This document shows, in pieces, positions 39,554 through 49,085 of a stretch of 57,128 bases of DNA. Location of the stretch: NCBI GenBank assembly GCA_038872135.1, contig JAVZGN010000006.1, positions 1 through 57,128 of the forward strand, in the 5' to 3' direction. Within the stretch, counting starts at the first letter, position 1; the number at the start of each line of letters is the position of its first letter. Below the pieces are notes generated by a model. That model had not been told where the DNA came from. It did not search any database and saw nothing but the letters and a program-made list of their open reading frames with translations. The position numbers were made by a program, and so were the translations under genes. The stretch is from Candidatus Hadarchaeales archaeon. GTDB taxonomy: Archaea; Hadarchaeota; Hadarchaeia; Hadarchaeales; Hadarchaeaceae.

Positions 39554-41704
39554 CTATTCTTTCTCGTGAGATTCAAGCCACTCAAGCCATTCACGGAAAA
39601 CCCTCCTGTAAGAGATGTTCTTTTTCCCCAGCTCATCCTCGAGGAGGCCCCGCCAGAAGAGATTTGATCTAACGACGAAATCTGCCTCTAGAAGGCCTCT
39701 GCTTCCTGAATTTCTTGCCCTCTCCACAAGGGTTTTCATAACCATCTCCCTGAACTCAAGATTTTTCAACACATTTTCAACAGTTGTAGCCCACTTCCTT
39801 GCTATCCTAAAGACAAGCTCAGATCTTGAAAGGGCCGGAGTCGGTTTTGCCTCCATTCCACAATAATCAAAGGAGAAGAGGTCTGTGAAACCCCTCTCCG
39901 CCGCAGGGTCTTTTCTCCACGCCTTTCTAACCTCTGTTACCTGGAACAGCTTCCTTACCCTCTCCACCCTCCCCCTGCTTCTGACGGGAGCTGCAACCAC
40001 AATGACATCTGTGGCTTTGAAAGAGCTTGGGTGAATGCCGAGATCATAAACAACCCTCTCAAAAACATCTTTCGCCGTCGCCCCGTGGATTGTCCCGAGA
40101 ACTGAATTTCCCGCTGTGCCAACCCTCATCGCCTCATATAAGGTCCTCGCCTCCTCCCCTCTCACCTCTCCAATGACAAGCACAGACTCCCCAAGCCTCA
40201 GAGCCGCCCTCAGCGCCTCCCCTGCGCTCATCTCAACATCTGTGGAGGAGGTCACCGACTGAACTCTGAAGGGCTGTATCTTGAACCCGAGCCTGCGCAA
40301 ATGCTCGACCGGAAGCTCGAGTGTGTCCTCCACCGTCAGAATCCTGTATCTCGGCAGGAGCTCGAGCATGAGGGCTGAGAGAAGGGAAGTCTTTCCTGAG
40401 CCCCTGCTTCCCGTGATCAAAATCGAGGCCTGCGCATCCACGAGAAGGCTGAGAAAAGCTGCAGCCTTGGGCGTCATGAACCCCACGTCGATGAACTGGG
40501 GGAGCGTCCAGGGGGTGGGCTTATGCCTCCTCAAGGCCATTGCCACTCCCCAGGGGCTGAGCGGTGGCCCGACCACGGCAACCCTGACACCCTGGATGTC
40601 CATGTCCAAAACGGGGTCCGCCTCTGAAAAGGGCCTCCCGCTCATCGCCCTGAACTTTGAAACAAGGGAGTCGATGTCGGTCTGGGTAAGAAAAATGTTT
40701 GTAACGCACTCCGCGTGGTCACGATGATTTAGATAGACTGGGATCTCTCCTGCAGGCGAATCTATGTAAATGTCCTGAACCCTTTCATCCGCAAGAAGGA
40801 TGTCTAAAATTCCCAACCCAGCCATGAACCTTCCGAGATACTTTGCAAGCCATTTCACCTCCTCCCTAGAAACATCTGTCCCTCTTTCCACAACATTTCT
40901 AGCGATGATTTCTTCTGACAGCCTCTCGACCGTCTCCCTTGCCCGGGTTATGTCCCGATCCACCACGGGCGGGGAACTGAGCAGTGCCCTTCTCGCTTCC
41001 TGGAGGAGGTCGGCCAGAGGTGGGGGGAGGGTGTACTCTGGAGGTGAAAGAAAATAATACCTCTGAAGCTCATCCCTCTTTTCATATATTCTCACCCTTG
41101 TCCCATCCACCTCATAGCTGTCGAGCAACCGGCAGCCCCCAGGCGGCTCCTGGAGGATCCTGGAGGTAAAAAAACTTGGCTTGAGGAGGGGAAGGAGCTG
41201 AGCATCTGTGAGGCGGAAGAAATCTGAAGATTCAAGGTCGGAGATAAATGAAGCTAGGGTCTCAAGGAATCTCTTTCTGCACCCTCGGCATTTTTCTCCT
41301 CCCCTCCTCTCCTTCACCTTTATCTCATAGTAGAATTCCTTGAGCCTTCTTAGACCTGTTCTCGGAGATTTTTCCACTTCATCGAATATCCCCTCAAGCC
41401 TAGACTTCCTTGGGAGCAGGCATCTGCTGCACCCCTCGGCTGTGAGATTCCGATATCCCCAGATCCTCCACTCCTTCAAAATTTTAGTGAGATTCCTCAA
41501 GCACTTCAACGCCTCCCCCCGGTATTCTCTGTCGTAAACATCGGAGAGGATCACAGCATCAACATCTGGACTTTCCATGAGGGCCTTGAGCACATGTTGC
41601 ATGCAATCTTGGGAAGCTTCTATCGCCCCACCTTTTGGACAGCCCCTGCAGGAAATCTTGAGGATGCTCTCGCCAGCGGCGGAAAAAATCTCATTTTTTT
41701 CCAT
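39554..41704 (-). CDS. Type II/IV secretion ATPase (CpaF/VirB11-like) with Cys-rich N-terminus
   Basis: GSRGSGKT, TVEDTLEL, IGEVRG, GTIHG; N-terminal CxxC pairs. Confidence 0.92.
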   Translation of the reverse strand: MEKNEIFSAAGESILKISCRGCPKGGAIEASQDCMQHVLKALMESPDVDAVILSDVYDREYRGEALKCLRNLTKILKEWRIWGYRNLTAEGCSRCLLPRKSRLEGIFDEVEKSPRTGLRRLKEFYYEIKVKERRGGEKCRGCRKRFLETLASFISDLESSDFFRLTDAQLLPLLKPSFFTSRILQEPPGGCRLLDSYEVDGTRVRIYEKRDELQRYYFLSPPEYTLPPPLADLLQEARRALLSSPPVVDRDITRARETVERLSEEIIARNVVERGTDVSREEVKWLAKYLGRFMAGLGILDILLADERVQDIYIDSPAGEIPVYLNHRDHAECVTNIFLTQTDIDSLVSKFRAMSGRPFSEADPVLDMDIQGVRVAVVGPPLSPWGVAMALRRHKPTPWTLPQFIDVGFMTPKAAAFLSLLVDAQASILITGSRGSGKTSLLSALMLELLPRYRILTVEDTLELPVEHLRRLGFKIQPFRVQSVTSSTDVEMSAGEALRAALRLGESVLVIGEVRGEEARTLYEAMRVGTAGNSVLGTIHGATAKDVFERVVYDLGIHPSSFKATDVIVVAAPVRSRGRVERVRKLFQVTEVRKAWRKDPAAERGFTDLFSFDYCGMEAKPTPALSRSELVFRIARKWATTVENVLKNLEFREMVMKTLVERARNSGSRGLLEADFVVRSNLFWRGLLEDELGKKNISYRRVFREWLEWLESHEKE

Positions 41705-41846
41705 TGTTTTTCACTTCCTCTGCCTCCAAAACTAGCAGCCTTTTTTCTAGCTCCAGTAGACGTTGCTTCAGGAGCTGCAACTCACTGAAAATTGAAGCCA
41801 AACTCCTCCCGTGAGCCGCAAGGATTTCTCTCTCTTCTCTGTTCAT
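41691..41846 (-). CDS. Small coiled-coil protein (51 aa, not in ORF track)
   Basis: MNREEREILAAHGRSLASIFSELQLLKQRLLELEKRLLVLEAEEVKNNGKK; SD GGAGGTG; ATGA overlap with upstream stop; overlaps ATPase start. Confidence 0.7.
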   Translation of the reverse strand: MNREEREILAAHGRSLASIFSELQLLKQRLLELEKRLLVLEAEEVKNNGKK

Positions 41847-42406
41847 TTTCTCACCTCCTCAAGCTCGAGGAAAAGTTGGGCGATTCTTTCAATCGACTGT
41901 GAAATCTCTGGGTCTGTAAGATCCCGCGGGGATATCCCCCTAGCCATCAACAGGAGCCAAGTTCTCTCGCTTATCGCTCCCACGCTGTGAAGCTCATTTA
42001 TGAGCGACTCTGGGTCGACCCCCACCTTCTCTCTCAGAAAGGCCCTCACCATAAGCCTGCTGAGGTGGTCCCGATTTTTAATGATGATTTCCCTTGCTGC
42101 TATTAAGTGATCCTTCAGCTCCTCCAGGTCGCTTTTTGCAAATAGCCTCCATTCCCTTCCAAATGGGCCGGCGCTGGCAGATATTGACTTAAGCAGTTTT
42201 GCCGCGGCGGATTCCATGATCGGGCGAAGTTTCAGGAGGGGTGCAAGCTTTCTGTCCCCATCAGAAATCCTGCAGATATCTGCGAAAAGGGGTGAAAGCT
42301 TTTTCCAGTAGTCCCTGGCCCTCGCTACCTCCTCCTCCGGGAGTTCTATGAAGGCATCGAGCAGCGCAATCAGTTCATCAATCAATTTTGCATTCAATTT
42401 CCTCAA
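41843..42406 (-). CDS. Hypothetical helical protein
   Basis: Uninterrupted ORF coupled to neighbours in the ATPase operon. Confidence 0.7.
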   Translation of the reverse strand: MRKLNAKLIDELIALLDAFIELPEEEVARARDYWKKLSPLFADICRISDGDRKLAPLLKLRPIMESAAAKLLKSISASAGPFGREWRLFAKSDLEELKDHLIAAREIIIKNRDHLSRLMVRAFLREKVGVDPESLINELHSVGAISERTWLLLMARGISPRDLTDPEISQSIERIAQLFLELEEVRK

Positions 42407-42605
42407 GCCTCCTCTCTATCTCCGCCACCCTCGCTTCTTTTCTCTTCTGGAGCAGCTCAGCCTTCAGAACCCGCAAAAGCTCCGCTTCCGCCGAGAGAAG
42501 CAGCTTGGTCAGAGATGGTTTCTCAGAGGGTCGAAGGAGAAATCGCTCAAGTATCACAATCGAGATGTGCCATCCAACCGCAAGCCCGAGGACTACCAAG
42601 ATCAT
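42378..42605 (-). CDS. Small membrane-anchored coiled-coil protein
   Basis: N-terminal hydrophobic helix then charged coil; TTTATAAA box about 35 nt upstream. Confidence 0.6.
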   Translation of the reverse strand: MILVVLGLAVGWHISIVILERFLLRPSEKPSLTKLLLSAEAELLRVLKAELLQKRKEARVAEIERRLEEIECKID

Positions 42606-42827
42606 CAAACTTCCCGCCAAAGTTTTGCGAGGAGGTTGTTTATAAAGGAAAAACAAATAGACTACTGTCTATCACAAGGACTTTTACTGCTCTCAATCTC
42701 CCGGGAACGTCACCCAAGACTAACGAAAATGCTGAAAACCGTCGTCCCCCCAATTGGGGGAGTTCTATTTTCCGGATACGGAAGCGCATGGTGAAGAATA
42801 TATCTTCATGGACAGATACTCTCTTGA

Positions 42828-42915
42828 GCCGGGGTAGCCAAGTCAGGTAAGGCGCACGCCTTGAGAGCGTGTGGCCCTTTGGGCCTCGAGGGTTCAAATC
42901 CCTCCCCCGGCGCCA
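42828..42915 (+). tRNA. tRNA-Ser (anticodon TGA), long variable arm, CCA encoded
   Basis: GCCGGGG/CCCCGGC acceptor, CACGC-CTTGAGA-GCGTG anticodon arm, GGCCC-TTT-GGGCC variable arm, G discriminator. Confidence 0.96.
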
Positions 42916-42940
42916 CGCATACAACTGCCAGAAAAAAGCG

Positions 42941-45340
42941 TTACAACTCCCTCCGCCGCCTTTTCCTCGATAGAGGCAGTAACAGGTCGCAGTAATCCTT
43001 CACTATTGGCGAAGATTCGATTGACCACGCCTGGGCTCTGCCCACAAGTTTCACCTGTCGTCTCTCCCTCGCTTCCCTCCTTCGGTTTAATTTCCAAAAC
43101 GCCGCACTACAGAATCCAGCGGCCATGCCACCGCCAATGAGGAGAAGTGGAAATTGATCACCGCTGGAAGGAGAGCCGCTGCTTACCACCTCTATCTCAA
43201 CCTCCCTTTTTTCCAAGAAGCTCTGAGTGAGAGCATCCCACATCTCGACCTCTTGCAATCCCCCAGACATCTCGCTAACAGGGATGACGACTTCCACTGT
43301 TTTCTCGCTCAAGGGACCGGTCCCGGCATCGAAAATCGTAACATGTCCCCCGATCTTTATCTGGATGTGGCGAGAGAATGCCTTCGGAACGGGGTTCTCT
43401 ATCATTATCGGGATTTTCAAGCTCCCGTTGGAAACTGTGACTCTTGAAGGAATGAGGATTTTCGGGAATGTGATTTTTCCCCCGATAACGAACTTTGAGA
43501 AGTCGACCACGGTTGCAGAGTAGGATATGTGCGATAAATCTCCACCATCAATATCGGTTTCCATCTCCTCCATCCGGTTCTCGATGATCTTGAAAAGATG
43601 CACCGCAAACGGGCCAAGGCCCTTTTCCCTCAGCCATTCCCTGGGGACACTGAACAGCACCTTCCCAACCGCAGGCAAACTGTTGTCCAGCTTCTGCAGC
43701 TCAAACGACGAATAGCACATTACATTTTCTGGCAGAGGGATGGTCGAAAGGTCGGCTTTTTCTATTTTCACCGCATTCTCCAAAAGAGTCCCATCATTTG
43801 TTTTCACAAATACTTTCAAAATACCTAGATTTTCTGCAACCATTTCAAGATTTTCGTGCGAAGGCTCTTGAATCTTAACCACGTGAATCCAGAAAATAAT
43901 GGAGTTTTCATTTTTCATTAGGGATGCATCTTTCACTTTTACTTGGATTAAATGGTCTCCAGAAGCCATATTTGTTAAAACTATGATTAGGAGATTTCCA
44001 TCCACTGAGTATCGCTCAATTTTATTGTCTATTTTCACCACGATGGAACTGTAATCTATGCCAGAAGCATCACTCATTCTCACCCTTATTATCAAGTTCT
44101 CCTCAACTTCATGGGTCTTTGGGTCAAGTAGCTCAAGAAGAGGAGGGATTATGTCGGGCGGCGGCGCGATCCATCCACTGGCTCCTCCACCACCTTCCCC
44201 TCCAGGCGATTGGACTTGAGAGATAACGTTGGCCCCCCATTTTTCGACTTGACTCCACTCACAAGGTTCAGTAGTAATTATCGCATTCCAATTTTCCACT
44301 GATGTGAATTCTGGGGAATATGTGAGAATAGTTGCGGCCCAATCTTCAACGCTTTTCCAAGATGCCAAGGCAAAAATGTATATCTCCTGAACTTTTTCTA
44401 TTCTTTCCCATCGTCTAATAACAAAGGTTTGATAGGTTCCATTTTGGCCGGGAACACCATTCCCGGCATCAACGCCGCCGATACCTCCACTCCCGCCGTT
44501 TACATAATAGATTCCCTCTTCCAGCTGCCCATAGAAATGATAAATTTTGATTCTCCCTCCTCCACCTCCGCCTCCCCCTCCCCCATCGGCGCCACCGTTG
44601 CCTCCTCTCCCTCCTTTTGCAGACAGAATGTTGAAGCTTACCCTTTCTGCTCGGATTAAGATACCTCCACCGCTTCCTCCACCCCCTCCCCCTTGATCGG
44701 CGGCCGGGGCATCAGTTCCGGCTCCTCCATTAGCGGTGATAGTCCCGGAGTAGGAGAAGAAATTTTTTGCTTCAAGAACTATTCTCCCTCCGCCTCGTCC
44801 CCCATAGTTGGTGAAGGGACCTGTAGTGCCTGAGTCTCCCATATGACCGCCATTTCCGCCAGCTCCTCCATATCCTCCACCTCCTCCACCCGCATGTGGG
44901 CCGACATAACTATACTTGCTCCATCCCCCACCCGAACCCATGCACACATTGTCAATGTTGTCATATGCGGCGCCACCTAGCCCTCCAGTACCATAGCCTC
45001 CTCCGCCGCCTCCGCCAGGCCCTGGGTAATCTGGATACATGTATCCAGCATTATCGGCGGAAAGAGTCCCGTTGACTACTATATTTTCCGCCATGATCGT
45101 TACTTGTCCAAAATTAGAGCCATCAAATTGTTTGACCCTCACTGTTACACCCTGTTCTATTCTGAATACCCGGATGTTGTAGTGGACCCCAGCAATCTCG
45201 GTATCACTTGTGATGACCCAATCCTCCCCATTATGATCCCCGCCTCCAAGATAGCTCCATGCAACTGCTGAAGGAGGAGAAGCAAGTAAAAGAAATCCGA
45301 AAATAACTAGCGTTGTAAGTTGTGTTTTATTCCCCCACAT
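42941..45340 (-). CDS. Glycine-rich cell-surface protein with PGF-pre-PGF-like domain and C-terminal TM anchor
   Basis: Signal peptide; GGGGGG...GRIVL/GGILI/GRIKI Gly-rich domain; DIIPP Ig-like; FSVPREWL...YSATVVDFSKFVIG; TM plus basic tail. Confidence 0.8.
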   Translation of the reverse strand: MWGNKTQLTTLVIFGFLLLASPPSAVAWSYLGGGDHNGEDWVITSDTEIAGVHYNIRVFRIEQGVTVRVKQFDGSNFGQVTIMAENIVVNGTLSADNAGYMYPDYPGPGGGGGGGYGTGGLGGAAYDNIDNVCMGSGGGWSKYSYVGPHAGGGGGGYGGAGGNGGHMGDSGTTGPFTNYGGRGGGRIVLEAKNFFSYSGTITANGGAGTDAPAADQGGGGGGSGGGILIRAERVSFNILSAKGGRGGNGGADGGGGGGGGGGRIKIYHFYGQLEEGIYYVNGGSGGIGGVDAGNGVPGQNGTYQTFVIRRWERIEKVQEIYIFALASWKSVEDWAATILTYSPEFTSVENWNAIITTEPCEWSQVEKWGANVISQVQSPGGEGGGGASGWIAPPPDIIPPLLELLDPKTHEVEENLIIRVRMSDASGIDYSSIVVKIDNKIERYSVDGNLLIIVLTNMASGDHLIQVKVKDASLMKNENSIIFWIHVVKIQEPSHENLEMVAENLGILKVFVKTNDGTLLENAVKIEKADLSTIPLPENVMCYSSFELQKLDNSLPAVGKVLFSVPREWLREKGLGPFAVHLFKIIENRMEEMETDIDGGDLSHISYSATVVDFSKFVIGGKITFPKILIPSRVTVSNGSLKIPIMIENPVPKAFSRHIQIKIGGHVTIFDAGTGPLSEKTVEVVIPVSEMSGGLQEVEMWDALTQSFLEKREVEIEVVSSGSPSSGDQFPLLLIGGGMAAGFCSAAFWKLNRRREARERRQVKLVGRAQAWSIESSPIVKDYCDLLLPLSRKRRRREL

Positions 45341-45417
45341 TGCCCTCTCACCCTCCAAGGACTCCAGACATCATTGGAAAATGAGGCTTTTAAGAGAAAT
45401 TTCCAAAATGGAGATAC

Positions 45418-46341
45418 TCACTTCTTGAGCAGAACAACCCTGCTCTCGGGACATTCATCCACAAATTTATAACCAGTCAGGGTTGCCAGCTCTCCACAAA
45501 ACTTCTGAATCTCCTGATGAGTGGGCATGTTCTCGAACCCAAGCCTCCTTCTGGAGTAGCCTACCCACATGTATCCTTTCCCCTCGACAAAATCCGGCTC
45601 GGCTTTTTCTATGAGCCTCGCGTAGCCCTGGGGAGATTTCAGATTCACCCCTTTCACAAGGGTTAGCCTCAAAACTCTTCTGCAACTTAACGATGAAAAA
45701 ACTTCCAAACTTCTGTTCAGCTTCTCCCATCCCCCAGAAACAACCGGCCTGCAGATCTCCCTGTATGTTTCCTCATCTGGGGCGACAAGGGAGATGTAAA
45801 GCTGGGTCGGCGGTCTGAGCCTTTCGAGGACTTCTGGGTGGAGGCCATTTGAGACAAGGAAACTGGTCATGCCTCTCTTCCTGCACTCCTCGACCAGTTC
45901 GTTTATCTTTGGATAAATCATCGGCTCTCCGGCAAGAGATATCGCGCAGTGGCGGGGGTTCTGCGCCTCCTCGAACTTCCTCCTGTTGACATCGGGATTT
46001 CCTCCAAATCCACTCAGCAGCAATCTTTGCGCAGAAATCGCTCTCTCTAATATCTCTGCAGGATCATCTGCTTCTCCCATCCAGCCTGGGAATGTGATCT
46101 CTGTGTTTCTCCAGCAGTAGATGCAGCGATGGTCGCAGAAAGGAAGGGAGGGTGTAAGCTGCAGACAAAGATGGCTTCTGACTCCAAGTTCCTTTCCATA
46201 AAATTTTTCCTTGTAGCACACCCCCTGGTCGAGCAGACTTTTTCTTGTCCAGTGGCAGACTTTCACCGCTGAGTGCCCGTGGCTTCCGACTATTCTATAT
46301 CCGGCGTTCTCGAGAGCTTCCACTTTTGACTTTTCCAGCAT
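45418..46341 (-). CDS. taw1: 4-demethylwyosine synthase Tyw1 (radical SAM)
   Basis: HSAVKVCHW, CYKEKFYG, CDHRCIYCWR, AISLAGEP, SRVVLL. Confidence 0.95.
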   Translation of the reverse strand: MLEKSKVEALENAGYRIVGSHGHSAVKVCHWTRKSLLDQGVCYKEKFYGKELGVRSHLCLQLTPSLPFCDHRCIYCWRNTEITFPGWMGEADDPAEILERAISAQRLLLSGFGGNPDVNRRKFEEAQNPRHCAISLAGEPMIYPKINELVEECRKRGMTSFLVSNGLHPEVLERLRPPTQLYISLVAPDEETYREICRPVVSGGWEKLNRSLEVFSSLSCRRVLRLTLVKGVNLKSPQGYARLIEKAEPDFVEGKGYMWVGYSRRRLGFENMPTHQEIQKFCGELATLTGYKFVDECPESRVVLLKK

Positions 46342-47315
46342 CAGGATAATTTTTCTCTCATGAGATTAAACAGCCTCTCCTTGACTTCGCCGAGATTTCC
46401 GGCCACATTCATGCTTGCCGCCCCGGAATGTCCTCCCCCATTTCCCCCCAATTCCTTCGCGATTTTTTCTAAAATTTCTCCAAGATGAATCCCAGTCTGC
46501 TCGATGAATTCCTGTCTCGCCCTAGCGCTCACCCTCACATTCCCTTTTTCCTCGTTTCCAATAAACGCTACATCCGCTCCTATTTTCACCAAAATGTTTG
46601 CGGCGTCCCCCTCGAAAGATCCCACCTCAGAAAAGACTACGAGTTTTTCCCCAATCCTTTGTAGTTCCAAGCGCTGCGCTGCCTTCAACATTGCAATTCT
46701 TTTCGAGAGGTCCTCTGGCTGATGGAGAAGCTCAAGCACGCGGCGATAATCTCCCCCGGCTTTAATCAGCGAATCGACTATCCCAAAAGTTTCCGGCCTT
46801 GAAAGCCTGAAGAAGGCTGTGTCTGTGATTATCCCGCCAAGGAGCAGCGATGCCTGCTCCCCCGACGGTTGAATCCCCATCTCTTCCATTATTTTAAAAA
46901 CAAGCTCCGACTCAGACGAAAAATCCTCTCTCACAAAGTAGAAATCGGCAGCAGCTCTCATCTCTTCAACAGGCCGGTGGTGATCAATCACCGCCATCTC
47001 TCCCTGAAACCCCTTCACAGTCTCTCCAAATTTTCCTAGGTGACCGAAGCTGGATGTATCGACGAGAACTACCGCCTCAAAATCGAGAGAGGGATTAACG
47101 GAAAGACTGCGGCCAAAGGAGCTGAGGAAAAACTGGGCCAGAGTTGAAATGTCTTCAGCTGCCCCAGCCACCGCCCTCGCTCCAAGGCCCCCCAAGATTT
47201 CCGAAAGCACGACCGCCGAGGCCCCCCCATCAACATCAGCGTTGTGGTGGCAGAGCACAAGGATCTTTTCATGCCTTTTCGGAAGTTCTCGCAGGTATTC
47301 TGCGGCATCTCTCAT
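46341..47315 (-). CDS. DHH/DHHA1 phosphoesterase (NrnA-like)
   Basis: HHNADVD, VDT, IDHH, TDT, GGGHSGAA. Confidence 0.88.
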   Translation of the reverse strand: MRDAAEYLRELPKRHEKILVLCHHNADVDGGASAVVLSEILGGLGARAVAGAAEDISTLAQFFLSSFGRSLSVNPSLDFEAVVLVDTSSFGHLGKFGETVKGFQGEMAVIDHHRPVEEMRAAADFYFVREDFSSESELVFKIMEEMGIQPSGEQASLLLGGIITDTAFFRLSRPETFGIVDSLIKAGGDYRRVLELLHQPEDLSKRIAMLKAAQRLELQRIGEKLVVFSEVGSFEGDAANILVKIGADVAFIGNEEKGNVRVSARARQEFIEQTGIHLGEILEKIAKELGGNGGGHSGAASMNVAGNLGEVKERLFNLMREKLS

Positions 47316-47321
47316 GCAGCT

Positions 47322-47687
47322 CTAGCTCGGTCCCGGAGCACCCGGCTGTTCTTTCATCGCCAGATCGATCTTTTCGCGCATTTCCTTTATCCTCTGGATG
47401 GTCCTCTCTTCCTGTCTGGCAATAGTCTTCAGCCTGAGGTCGATTGCCTCTCTGTCCTCCTTCAATTTCTGTAGGATTTCACCTCGGCTTGTCTTTGCCA
47501 GAATCGGCCCAACACTTCTGTAAACTGTGGCATCCTCTGCAAGCTTCTCCACCTCCTGGATCGCCTGCTCTGTTTCCTTCAGCAATGCTTCCAGCTGCTG
47601 CCTTTGGGCGATCAGAACCTGCGCCTGCTGCTGGAGCTGCTGGAACTGCGCGAGCTGATGTCTGAGCTGTGGGGATATCTTCTCCAT
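47322..47687 (-). CDS. pfdB: Prefoldin beta subunit
   Basis: SPQLRHQLAQFQQLQQQ, VYRSVG, coiled coils. Confidence 0.95.
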   Translation of the reverse strand: MEKISPQLRHQLAQFQQLQQQAQVLIAQRQQLEALLKETEQAIQEVEKLAEDATVYRSVGPILAKTSRGEILQKLKEDREAIDLRLKTIARQEERTIQRIKEMREKIDLAMKEQPGAPGPS

Positions 47688-47938
47688 CAATTGCACCTCT
47701 CAATGACTCCTTTCGCCACAGAAATCCACCTGAGATAGGAATTCAGGGCTGCTCTGATGGATGCTGTATCGTCGGCTTCCAGTTCCAAGCGCAGCACCTT
47801 TCCATTCGCCGCAAGATTAACCCGCACCTTGCTCGCCTCAATTTTCTTCTCCGGCTCTATTGCTCGAAGAGCAGTTGTGGCCTCTTTCTCTGTTCTGAGT
47901 TCCATTTCAACCCTTGCTACAACACGCTTCTCCCTCAT
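47687..47938 (-). CDS. pcc1: Pcc1-family KEOPS subunit
   Basis: ALRAIEPE, LEADDTASIRAALNSYLRW; exosome-superoperon position; Pcc1 versus paralog assignment uncertain. Confidence 0.85.
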   Translation of the reverse strand: MREKRVVARVEMELRTEKEATTALRAIEPEKKIEASKVRVNLAANGKVLRLELEADDTASIRAALNSYLRWISVAKGVIERCN

Positions 47939-48075
47939 ATTGCCTTCACCCGCTTCACAAAACTTTTCCTCGTCTTTGAAAGAATCCTCCCCGAACAATG
48001 GGGACACCTGTAGCTACCTTCTGGAAGCTTCTCAATTTCCCTTCCGCAGTGTTCACACTTTAGCACCGGTATCAC
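47935..48075 (-). CDS. rpoP: RNA polymerase subunit Rpo12 (P)
   Basis: CEHCG...RCPHCSGRILSK.R...KRVKA. Confidence 0.9.
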   Translation of the reverse strand: MIPVLKCEHCGREIEKLPEGSYRCPHCSGRILSKTRKSFVKRVKAI

Positions 48076-48316
48076 CTTTAACTGCTTTTTCAAGCTCTTT
48101 AACGCTTGGCGTGTATGCCCCTCCAGCAAACTTTGCTCCACATTTCTGGCACTGCCACACCCCCGTGCTCACCCGGCGGAGCTTCTTCTCGCTACAACTG
48201 GGACACTTGTACTTCTGCCGGGCCTTGGAGGCAATTTCCGCGTACCTTCTCCTCAGAGTGAATCCATACCTCGGGCCAAATCCTCCGGTCGCCGCTCCTT
48301 CCTTTGCCTTTCCCAT
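48053..48316 (-). CDS. rpl37ae: 50S ribosomal protein eL43 (L37Ae)
   Basis: GPRYG, CPSC, GVWQCQKC, AGGAY. Confidence 0.96.
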   Translation of the reverse strand: MGKAKEGAATGGFGPRYGFTLRRRYAEIASKARQKYKCPSCSEKKLRRVSTGVWQCQKCGAKFAGGAYTPSVKELEKAVKGDTGAKV

Positions 48317-48320
48317 TTTC

Positions 48321-49085
48321 TCAGCCCACCAACCTTCTCAGCTCTGCCGCCTTGTCCCTCGCAATCCTGTAAGCTTCCTCCAGCTCATCTGGAAAGAAAT
48401 ATCCTGGACCACCCTTCTGAAGCGCGCAGATGTCCCCTTCCTCCGTCGTAACTATCGTCAGCCTTGCGTCCATCACCAGCTCCTCCTCCAGAGTCGGATC
48501 AACCATCAAAACATCGTTGATTTTTGCTATAGTCACTGCTACTGGCTTTTTTACAAGTGGAAACCCCTGGAGTTTCCATTCCTCGGATTCTGGCGGTTTT
48601 ACATCAGAGAGGGCAGCGATGGCGGCCAGCGCAGATGCATCTATCATATTCCCATCATGGTCCAGCACATCAATGTCGATGAAAACTGCCCAGACTTCTT
48701 CCCCTGGAGTGATTGCCAGCTTCTCCAACCCTATTGCTTCAGACTCCCTGATCCCCCTGTCAACGACTCTCGCCAGCTCTATTGCTTCCTCCTTTGGCGG
48801 TCCTGGTTCGAATGTCGGGTCGGCCAGCGGGAGAAGTTCCGCGTTGACAACAAGTATCCCGCTCTCCGGAGTGTCTGGAAATGGCTCTCCCTTCTCAAGC
48901 TTTACTCCGACTATGACCTCTGTGTTACCCATCTTCACCCTCGCCGAACCATTCGCGCTTTTAAGAAATCCCTTCTCCAAGGTAACTTTCCTGAACTCAT
49001 CTGGCTTTCTCCCATCTATCCTCTTTCCCTCCCTCGCCAGGGAAAGGATGGCGTCCCTTTTCACCTTTGCAATTATTTCGCTCAT
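48321..49085 (-). CDS. rrp42: Exosome component Rrp42
   Basis: [30 protein letters not shown]. Confidence 0.96.
   Translation of the reverse strand: MSEIIAKVKRDAILSLAREGKRIDGRKPDEFRKVTLEKGFLKSANGSARVKMGNTEVIVGVKLEKGEPFPDTPESGILVVNAELLPLADPTFEPGPPKEEAIELARVVDRGIRESEAIGLEKLAITPGEEVWAVFIDIDVLDHDGNMIDASALAAIAALSDVKPPESEEWKLQGFPLVKKPVAVTIAKINDVLMVDPTLEEELVMDARLTIVTTEEGDICALQKGGPGYFFPDELEEAYRIARDKAAELRRLVG

Noticed and set aside
45341..45417. att-like duplicate of the tRNA-Ser 3' end beyond the Gly-rich gene
   Set aside because: No copy found, so no island is called there.
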